From: Macrostomum lignano
Taxonomy: Eukaryota
Length of the DNA: 17,816 bases
Reading direction: 5' to 3'
NCBI GenBank assembly: GCA_002269645.1
Contig: NIVC01000062.1
Span: forward strand, 1-17,816
Shown here piece after piece: positions 9,128 to 17,816 of the stretch (its first letter is position 1; each line of letters begins with the position of its first letter). The notes under the pieces are model-generated. The model did not search any database. It saw only the letters and a program-made list of their open reading frames with translations, and was not told the origin of the DNA. The position numbers were made by a program, and so were the translations under genes.

Positions 9128-10190
9128 TGAAGGTTGGATCTTGACTGTGAAGATTGGAGGTCGTGAAAGCGATCGTGAAGATTGGGTGGGGATCGTGAAG
9201 ATTGGGTGGGGATCGTAAAGATTGGGTGGGGATCGTGAAGATTGGGTGGGGATCGTGAAGATTGGGTGGGGATCGTGAAGATTGAGTGTGGATCGTGAAG
9301 ATTGGGTGGGGATCGTGAAGATTGGGTGGGGATCTTAAAGATTGGGTGGGGATCTTAAAGATTGGGTGGGGATCGTGAAGATTGGGTGGGAAGATTGGTG
9401 GGGATCTTAAAGATTGGGTGGGGATCGTAAGATTGGTGGGGTGAAGATTGGGTGGGGATCGTGAAGATTGGGTTGGAAGATTGGGTGGGGATCGTGAAGA
9501 TTGGGTGGGGATCGTGAAGATTGGGTGGGGATCGTGAAGATTGGGTGGGGATCGTGAAGATTGGGTGGGGATCTTGGTGGGGATCGTGAAGATTGGGTGG
9601 GGATTGAAGATTGGGTGGGGATCGTGAAGATTGGGTGGGGATCTGGGTGGGATCTTAAAGATTGGGTGGGGATCGTGAAGATTGGGTGGGATTGTGAAGA
9701 TTGGGTGGGGATCGTGAAGATTGGGTGGGGATCGTGAAGGTTGGGTGGGGATCGTGAAGATTGGGTAGGGGTCGTGAAGATTGGGTGGGGATCGTGAAGA
9801 TTGGGTGGGGATCGTGAAGATTGAGTGTGGATCGTGAAGATTGGGTGGGGATCGTGAAGATTGGGTGGGGATCTTAAAGATTGGGTGGGGATCGTGAAGA
9901 TTGGGTGGGGATCGTGAAGATTGGGTGGGATCGATTGGTGGGGATCGTGAAGATTGGGTGGGGATCGTGAAGATTGGTTGGGGATGTGAAGATTGGGTAG
10001 GGATCGTGAAGATTGGGTAGGGTCGTAAAGATTGGGTGGGGATCGTGAAGATTGGGTAGGGATCGTGAAGATTGTAGGGGTCGTAAAGATTGGGATCGTG
10101 AAGATTGGGTAGGGATCGTGAAGATTTGGTAGGGGTCGTAAAGATTGGTAGGGATCGTGAAGATTGAGTGTGGAACGTGAAGATTGGGAT
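9128..10190. repeat. Minisatellite G, 21 bp unit, about 50 copies (receptor intron 2)
   Basis: Unit GATCGTGAAGATTGGGTGGGG with degenerate ends. Confidence 0.97.
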
Positions 10191-10733
10191 ATATAGCTTG
10201 GAGATCAGTGAGAAATTGTAAAATAAAACAAAAAACATTTGGCTATACTCCCATAAGCATAAATTGGAACAGCAAAGCTTTGAACTTATAAAAGTACATT
10301 CTTACAAATTCTTACAAAAGCTAATGTACTATTAACAGACGAGTGTCAGGCTGATGCAATGAATTTTGCGTACCATCAATCAAAAAAATGATGATTTTTG
10401 ATAATGCGGAAATCTTCGTCAACTGTAGCGTCATCTGAACCGGCATTGAACGAAACGCAAGCACCAGAATCTGCTTAGGCATTGAAAAAGACTCCCTGCT
10501 CGCCTGCCCCCGCTCTATTAACTGCCGTCCAATTATGAGAGCAAAAAACACAGGAAAAAATCAACATCCTTAGCCAAACTGGCACTCTCTTTCTAGTGCG
10601 TCGTGGAAATGTAAGATTCTAAAAGTACTTCCAAAACTGCATGCTTACAGATACGAGCGGGCCCAGAACTAACAGCAAAATTGGGAGATCTGAAAATCTT
10701 TAACAGTGTGCTTCGGATCGAAACTGCAAACCA

Positions 10734-10938
10734 AATCTGAGCCCTGAATTCCCGAATCTGAGCCCTGAAGTCCCGAATCTGAGCCCTGAAGTCCCGAATC
10801 TGAGCCCCGAAGTCCCGAATCTGAGCCCTGAAGTCTCAAATCTGAGCCCTGAAGTCCCGAATCTGAGTCATGAAGTCCCGAAACTGAGCCCCGAAGTCCC
10901 GAATATGAGTCATGAAGTCCCAAATTGAAGCCCTGAAA
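10734..10938. repeat. Minisatellite H, 21 bp unit, about 9-10 copies (receptor intron 2)
   Basis: Unit CTGAGCCCTGAAGTCCCGAAT. Confidence 0.95.
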
Positions 10939-10994
10939 CTAAAAACACAAATGATAAGAAATGCGTATTTACAATTTAACTGCTGCTGACTCAC

Positions 10995-11160
10995 TTATTC
11001 TGATCAATCTTCTTCCGCTTCTCCAGTTTCTCCTCTTCGGTGAGAATGTACTCCCGCTTCATGCCGATGTCGAAGCACTTGGCCAGCCGGCAGCGCTTGC
11101 AGAAGCGGCGATTTGAAACGTCTATGCTGCAGGCGCCGCTGTAGGGCACTTGAATGCCTC
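10995..11160 (-). CDS. HR96: HR96/NR1J nuclear receptor exon 2 (second zinc finger and T/A box; apparent -1 frameshift at 11144-11146)
   Basis: TTACAG|GAG ... AA|GTGAGT. EAFKC[P]YSGACSIDVSNRRFCKRCRLAKCFDIGMKREYILTEEEK requires one extra C in the TGC CC TAC run. Confidence 0.92.
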
Positions 11161-11171
11161 CTGTAATTGCA

Positions 11172-11733
11172 GGTGGCCCGGCAACTGAGGGTCTGGGAGG
11201 CTGGCCCGGTAACTGAGGGTCTGGGAGGCTGGCCCGGCAACTGAGGGTCTGGGAGGCTGGCCCGGTAACTGAGGGTCTGGGAGGCTGGCCCGGTAACTGA
11301 GGGTCTGGGAGGCTGGCCCGGTAACTGAGGGTCTGGGAGGCTGGCCCGGTAACTGAGGGATCTGGGAGGCTGGCCCGGTAACTGAGGATCTGGGAGGCTG
11401 GCGCAGCAAGTGAGGATCTGGGAGGCTGGCGCAGCAACTGAGGATCTGGAGGCTGGCCAGCAACTGAGGATCTGGGAGGCTGGCGCAGCAACTGAGGATC
11501 TGGGAGGCTGGCCCAGCAACTGAGGATCTGGGAGGCTGGCCCAGCAACTGAGGATCTGGGAGGCTGCCCAGCAACTGAGGATCTGGGAGGCTGGCCCAGC
11601 AAGTGAGGATCTGGGAGGCTGGCGCAGCAACTGAGGATCTGGGAGGCTGGCCCAGCAACTGAGGATCTGGGAGGCTGGCCCAGCAACTGAGGATCTGGGA
11701 GGCTGGCCAGCAACTGAGGATCTGGGAGGCTGG
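11172..11733. repeat. Minisatellite I, 28 bp unit, about 20 copies (receptor intron 1)
   Basis: Unit GGCTGGCCCAGCAACTGAGGATCTGGGA; a variant block (CCGGTAAC, GGGTCT) occupies about 11172-11390. Confidence 0.97.
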
Positions 11734-11793
11734 TACAGGCAACAGGAATAGGACAAGTAACATTAAGGAAAGAAACAGACGACAAAATCTTAC

Positions 11794-12402
11794 AACTCCT
11801 TTAACAGCATTCCGCCTGAAGAAGGCTTTGCAGGATTCACAGCTCACGGCGTCAAAGTTGAAGCCCAAAGCTTTGTCGCCGCAGACGCCGCAGATTTTAT
11901 CGTCTCTCGGGTGCCGCTGTCCGCCAGCTTTGCCAGGCTGGACGGCTGGGGCAGCGGCCGCAGCCCACGACATCGTCGGGCACTGAGGGCTCGGTTTGAA
12001 TGCACCTGAGCAGGCCTGAGCTTGAGTTTGTTGTTGTCGCTGCTGCTGCTGCTGCAGAAACGGAGGCTGGTGCGGCGATGTTGAATCCGCATTGAGCTGC
12101 AGGAAATCTGGGCCTTGCTCTTCAAGGAACAGCGGCATTGGCTGCTGCTGCTGCTGCTGATGGTGGCCAAACGAGTGCGGACTGAAGCCGGACGAACAGC
12201 TGGACAAAGGAGACAGGCTGACAGCAAAGCTGCTATCAGAAGAGTCTGGATAGTGATGCGGTGGTTGCTGTTGCTGCTGCGGCAGAAGTGGTGGCTGCTG
12301 CTGCTGCTCAGTTCCTTCAAGCAGCTCGACATTCAGCAAGTCGATGCTGAACAATGGGTCATAGTCATTGCCGGAGCCTTGCTGCGACTGCTGCTGCTGC
12401 AT
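11794..12402 (-). CDS. HR96: HR96/NR1J nuclear receptor exon 1 (polyQ/Ser-rich A/B domain and first zinc finger)
   Basis: KICGVCGDKALGFNFDAVSCESCKAFFRRNAVKGV|GTAAGA. The P-box ESCKA is characteristic of NR1J (HR96/DAF-12/NHR-8), not NR1I (EGCKG). The start ATG at 12402 is plausible but unproven; a CTAAC..CAG acceptor lies at 12445-12444. Confidence 0.93.
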
Positions 12403-13080
12403 TATTGTTAGTGTGTTCTCATCGGATTATCCAACAATAGACTCTGACAGATATTGTGAACAGAGTTAGCGGCTAGTTGAAATGAGCGCTGAATATAACA
12501 GAGAAGATTTGAACTGCAAGTCTGTGTAGCCTCTCAGCTCAGTCTGAGTTCGTGCACCGAAAGTGTTTAGGTAAGAAATTATTTAGCTGGCTATTTTTAA
12601 CTGTAATAATATAATAAAAAATTCGGTCAGTAAAGTGCCCTTCCCATGTTAAAAGCAGCAGAATTTTTGATAAAGAGAACGAGAAAAGTGCACTCATTTT
12701 GACTTAGCAGTTAGTTAATGCCTAATATTCCCTAAGCTTACTCAAGCCAAAAGTGTTTTTTGCAAGTAGCAGTCTAAGCATTAAGCATTAAGCAGGCTTA
12801 AGCATTTACACAAAGAAAAATAAGGCTAGCTTTGACAAACTAGTTGCAATTTGTGGTGCAATTCAACCATTAGCCAATATAGTAGGGACTAGTGCATTAG
12901 GCCCCTCTATGGTAGGCATTCAAACTCCTAAATGGAATGCCTATGCAAGCAATCTTTTTTTGGAATATTTGACCTACTTCTAATTTGTATAAAATGTACG
13001 AGTAAATACCAATTTGCCAAATGAACCTAAATTAAATAGGCCCATTAGCTACCCCTATCTACAATTGCAAACTATGCTAC

Positions 13081-13881
13081 CAGTGATGGGCACACTAAAT
13101 TTATTTTAAGCGCTGCTTATTATCACTGTTTCTACTTTGAAATTTAGCACAATTAGTACCGCTAATTTTGAAATGTGCTAATTAATAAATATATTTAATA
13201 TAAACTGTTATTTCACATATTTATGCATTTCTGCTCATTTTTAACTCACACATTTTAAATGAATAAGCTAATAATGCCATTGCTAATAAAAAATCCTCAA
13301 GCCAGTGAACTGTCAAAGCAACAGTTGGTAGAAAGAATTCCTAAATGGCAATGCTATTTGCCTTGAGAATATCAAGGGCTATTGCACTAGGCCATGGCCT
13401 TCTTATACACAAGAAGGAAGGCAAGATCATCAGCTTGAAATGGTAGTACAGGATTTCTAAACCTACCATCACCCTGTTGATAGCCTGTTACTTTGCATCT
13501 CATTGCTTAGAATACAAATGAGTTGAATGTTGAATTCATTGATGATATTTTGAACCTTGAAACCTTGTTGATAATGAAAAATGAAAATAGATATTCAAAT
13601 TTTGTTTCACATTTTTAAGAAAATTAGAAACATTTACATAATCTTTAACTTACTAATCAAAGAGGGTCTTATTTTAAGTATTGAACAGTCATTAACCCTC
13701 TAATTTTTTTAGCAAAAAATAAATCTTAGTGCAATTAGCAACTTTTAGAAAACGTTAGCGGCACTTTGATAGCGCAAGCTAATCAGAATTTCAATTTAGC
13801 AGAATTAGTGGCACAACAAAATATTAGCGGCATTTCAATTTCAACGGAATTCAAATTTAGCAGCGCTAGTGCCCATCACTG
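13081..13881. mobile_element. Non-autonomous hAT-type element (MITE 1), 801 bp
   Basis: Perfect 13 bp TIR CAGTGATGGGCAC / GTGCCCATCACTG. 8 bp TSD TATGCTAC (13073-13080) vs TATGCCAC (13882-13889), 7/8 identical. Confidence 0.85.
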
Positions 13882-14909
13882 TATGCCACCCTTTCTATAT
13901 TATAAAAAAACATCATAGCAACTTGAAGATTGATAAAAAAGGCTTTGTTTTATCTTTAACACCCTTTTTAATTGATCATCATTCATTTATTAGCTAATAA
14001 ATGATAAAATTTAATCAATACTACAATTAAATTTTTATCACAAAGGATCATAAAACTCCGTAGCATTATTGTGAATGTACATTTTACATTGTATATTAGC
14101 CAAGTGGTCTAAATGGTTGAACTAAATAAATTAACTTAGAAACAGAGTGCTCATTGAAAGCATTAAACATTTTTTTTCAAATTTTATATAAAAAAAAGTT
14201 ATGCATAATTGCTAAAGACTTATAATTTTTAAAGCTAATTTGAAAAAAAATTAGCTGGTCTAAATATTTTTTCTAGGCCTATAGATTTCAACGAGGGCCC
14301 TATAGCTTTTTAATATATATGCAAAAGGCAAATTTAAATCAAATTAGACCTAGTTTCTTGCAAATCAATAACTTTGCAAAGAAATTAAATAGAATAAAAA
14401 CCAATACATAAAATTTGAAACAAAAGAAAAATACTTTTTGAAAATAAAAAAAACTTTCTAAAAATTATATATCTAGCTTTAATTAGGTCTTAGGATAATA
14501 ACAAGCTGTCATCTTTTTTCATAAAAGCTTACATTTTTCATTTTTAGACACTTGTGCAATATGCAAAAATAGGCAGTTGTTATTTGTCTAGCCTTTTTGC
14601 CATTTGTGCAGTTAAATTGCTAACATAAGTATCTATTTGTTTAGTGATAAATATTCTAGATTTTTAAACCCTTTCTTATATCCTGATTAATATTTTGTTA
14701 TTAGTGCAAGCAAAGCGATATATGTAATGTATATGCAATTTGGCATAATTTGATACATAAGATATACACTAGTAAAACAACATAATAATCAAGATACAAG
14801 TAAGAAGTCTTTGAGTCAGGAATAGTTACCCTTATATAGTTTCTGTAAAATAAAATATCAATTTAACTGGACAAATAACAATTGTCACAAAAATATATAA
14901 GCCTATTAG

Positions 14910-15587
14910 TAGTATTCCACCATAGCCATAGCTATGGCTATGGGATCCTATGGCAAATATGGTAAAATAGGTGCCTATGGCAGCTACAGATATGCCTATA
15001 GTAGCTAGCTGCTCCTATGGCTACCAATACAGAAATATGTAGTTGTTGTCACATTCTGTAGATTCCCATAGCTGTAGTTATAAATGTTAAAAAATTGAAA
15101 AATATTAGAAACAAGTAGAGTAAAATAAATATAGGACTACTTTTGGTAAACTATATTATCAACTTAGAAACTATTAAAATATACCTAATAAAGTACAAGC
15201 AAAACACTAGCAAACTCTAATTTTTATTTAATGTGAAAAAGTTCAGCATTAGTACTTTCAGTAATGATTAAGTATTGTTGCTTTGAAAAAAGACAAAATA
15301 TAATCTTACAAAGGCAATTGAGTGTTTCTTTTATTTTATAACTTAATTTGCAGTTGTTTAAGTACTAGGTTATCTTCTTGATTCAAATATTTTGTTTTCT
15401 AGACTTTTTGTTAAAACTATGCATGGCTATGGAACTACAGCGGCTACAGCCTATAGGAATATGGTAATATTAAGGTCCCTATGCTATGGCTACGGAATAT
15501 GGAAAATTGAATAAGCCATAGTTTTGCTTACAGCTAGGCCTATGGCTATGGCTATAGTATATGGATCTTCCTTACAGCGGAACACTA
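14910..15587. mobile_element. Non-autonomous hAT-type element (MITE 2), 678 bp
   Basis: TIR TAGTATTCCAC vs TAGTGTTCCGC (9/11). 8 bp TSD CCTATTAG (14902-14909) vs CTTATTAG (15588-15595). Many subterminal CTATGG/CCATAG motifs at both ends. Confidence 0.82.
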
Positions 15588-15838
15588 CTTATTAGAGAAA
15601 AAATAAATTAATTAAAGATACTAGTTAATGAAGACAAAGTCTTTTCGCCCCAGTGAGCTTTGGGGTTGGAATTTTATAATACCTAGTGTTGTATCGATTA
15701 TTTAAAGACTTTCAAGGCATTATTAACGCTGATGTCCTAATATTTTGCGTCGTGTCATACATAAAGTTAGCCTAATAGATAAAGTAGGGCGAGAGTTGTA
15801 AAATGTCTCTAACGTCAAATGATTTATAGGAAGGGAAT

Positions 15839-16605
15839 TAGGGATGTCGATTCCCCAGGGAATTATTTATCGGGGACCCCGGTGAAAAGAAAAAATAAGT
15901 AAAAACGGCGGATCACTTAAATTGTATGTGGAATTTTTTAAACTTTGATTTAAGCTTTGTACTACATTCAAGGCGCAGGGGTAAAAATTTTAAACAATGT
16001 TTTTTTAAACTGTATTTGACAATGTGGCATCACGAAATCGTGCGCGCACCTTTATCGGAAAAGTGCATTTGTTGGAATGCATGCTAAACAGCTACGCTCG
16101 TGAGAGGATAATTAATGAATGAGACTGTTTTTATAATCGGAATTTTATTTCTTGCATATATATGTAAATCACCATTTTGTCCTGTCTAATAGGGAGTATA
16201 TGTATGACACCCCCTATGCGTCAGTGCCTGACGCATGACGCAGCGCTGCGCCTGCGTCAAGCCGTCAACGCAGACCAGCACAGCAGTCACTAGTCAGTAA
16301 GGCTTCTTTTTCCTGACGGGTTTCTTTTCTACGTGCAATTTGCTTGATGAATGACTTATTAGTGAAAAAACAATCAACGTGTGTTGTGTTTCAAATTATA
16401 CATGTAATGCATTGAAATAAGCAATTATGCGGTAAAAGAGCATAGACAGAGTTTCAATCAGGCTTTCTGTGAATCAGTTTCTTTTTAATGGCAAAAATTA
16501 AGTTACAAATGCATTTTTTCATATTTTTTCTCACAGGGTCCGCCCATTCCCGGAGAGTATGCCCGACAAGCGCTCCCGGGAGCACTCCGCGGGTCAACAT
16601 CCCTA
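15839..16605. mobile_element. Probable hAT-type element (MITE 3), 767 bp
   Basis: TIR TAGGGATGTCGA vs TAGGGATGTTGA (11/12). GC-rich subterminal CCCGG/CGGG motifs. TSD only degenerate (GAAGGGAA[T] vs GAAGAGGA). Confidence 0.65.
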
Positions 16606-17816
16606 GAAGAGGAAAACTACGAGCATAAGTTCTGCAACATATACAAGTAGCTAAGCATTATAGACGCACTGCACCGATAAAATGTAATGGAATTGCTCGA
16701 ATCACCGACACCAAGCCATAAAACTGGAGAAACTGGCAGGATATAGTAGAATACATGTAGGTCAGAATCAGAAGTGATCATGAGGTGGGTGGGTCAATGT
16801 GATCATGGTTCGACCTCGATTGTATTATTCCTTCTTAATCTTATGCAATTAATTGTAAATTAGGTATGAAGTAACAGTAATTATCCTTGACCATGCTAGA
16901 AGTAAAGACAAGTCAAAGTCAAGTTAATAAAAATAGACACACAGTGTAACAATAACAATGTTTTTAGAGCCATTTTTCTTGTCTGTGTTTGTCTTTGTAC
17001 ATACATGTACATTTGGGAAGACTTATCTGGACCCAATCCTTCTTATTCTACATGTACGCTGTTTTGGGTATGGGGGTTAGAGTTGGCGCGTCTGACACCC
17101 CCTCCCCCCTACCATATGGACTGGAGAGAAAGAAGCACATGCTATCGCTATTGGCTAGCCTGTCGTTCTCTTTTTCTTTACCTTCTGTCTTGTGTAGCGT
17201 ACACTATCCAATGCACAAGGCCCCAACTTTCCACTAAAGGAAGGTTCATATAGTCCGCCCATGGGCTTCCTCTTGCTTTCGCGTACACTCAAGGCCACTC
17301 ACTCTCAACACAGCCACTAGAGGCTTGTTTTAAATAATCGATCGATAATATTAAATGTACACTTGAAAGCTTGCTTTGGATCCTAGCAGAAGGGGGAGAA
17401 AGTGGCCAAGGCACCACACCCCACAAGGCAGGCAGGCCGGCCCGAGTGCGATAACGAATGACAAAAAAATAGAAAAGTACAATTTACACATCAACTTTTC
17501 AATACAATAAATACAATAATAGGTACGGGTATTAATGACAGTGTATTTCGCACAAAGTAGCTACGTTCAAACCACCAGCACGTAAACAGCTAAATTTCAC
17601 TGTTTATGAAATTTTATAAAATTTAACACATCATTTTAGATATTGAAAACTTTTAAAGGAGGGTATTACTGTTGCATGTGACTAAAATCGTGGTATGGTT
17701 AGGTATAGCTGATGATGAAACTGGGTGATTGGTATCTAGCTTTTTGATAATTAGCCGGTTAGACCCCGAAATAGCTATATGTATATTTGTAACGCTGGAG
17801 CCAAATACAAATACAA

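Noticed and set aside
9087-10238. 383-aa ORF and other long repeat ORFs (66..425, 1313..2057, 2524..2859, 3683..4141, 5890..6591, 10669..10923, 11004..11756)
   Set aside because: These are translations of stop-free tandem units lying in introns or intergenic DNA, with no domain content.
10388-10438. C/D snoRNA-like ATGATGA..CTGA
   Set aside because: It is only about 50 nt, antisense to the host intron, and has no terminal stem.
715-11733. Regularly spaced repeats as CRISPR arrays
   Set aside because: The units are directly tandem with no unique spacers, there are no cas genes, and the context is a spliced eukaryotic genome.
7537-12411. Plus-strand ORFs 7537..7977, 8750..9085 and 12115..12411 (also 1189..1389, 1236..1799) and alternative-frame minus ORFs 7649..8182 and 11844..12332
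   Set aside because: They are antisense or off-frame shadows of GC-rich exons.
12913-12943. 9 bp inverted repeat TAGGCATTC / GAATGCCTA
   Set aside because: It is an isolated hairpin with no element boundaries or TSD.
16790-16817. tRNA or SINE B-box GGTTCGA
   Set aside because: There is no cloverleaf, and the only A-box-like sequence is too close to it.
16989-17253. Two overlapping 82-aa plus-strand ORFs
   Set aside because: They show no motif or splice support and are within the length expected by chance.
16759-17450. Nuclear receptor response elements upstream of HR96 (AGGTCA/GGGTCA half-sites, TCAAGGCCA at 17289)
   Set aside because: The half-sites are 26 nt apart with no canonical DR/IR spacing, and isolated short motifs are expected by chance.
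17703-17790. Hammerhead-like CTGATGA..GAAA
   Set aside because: Stems I and III cannot be paired around a valid NUH cleavage site.

Overview
Animal (invertebrate) genomic DNA, not prokaryotic. The GC-rich exons, minisatellite-filled introns and gene families fit a lophotrochozoan such as a free-living flatworm (Macrostomum-like); this taxon is inference only. Two spliced genes lie in tandem on the minus strand. (1) A tetraspanin, with coding exons 2243-2166, 1532-1260 (possibly two exons), 478-404 and 132-<1; it has TM1-TM3 and the CCG motif and runs off the window start. (2) A complete NR1J/HR96-DAF-12-type nuclear receptor, with exons 12402-11794, 11160-10995, 9061-8672 and 8097-7675 (about 529 aa, P-box CESCKA). 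Both genes carry apparent single-base deletions in G/C runs, most likely long-read consensus errors. Every intron holds its own tandem minisatellite (21-48 bp units), several abutting or duplicating the 3' splice site. The 5 kb AT-rich region upstream of the receptor has no minisatellite but three hAT-type MITEs. A near-perfect RFX X-box sits just upstream of a predicted non-coding first exon of the tetraspanin. Most long ORFs in the track are repeat artefacts or antisense shadows. I found no CRISPR array, rRNA or tRNA, and no clearly new biological system; the best leads concern splicing, repeats and regulation.
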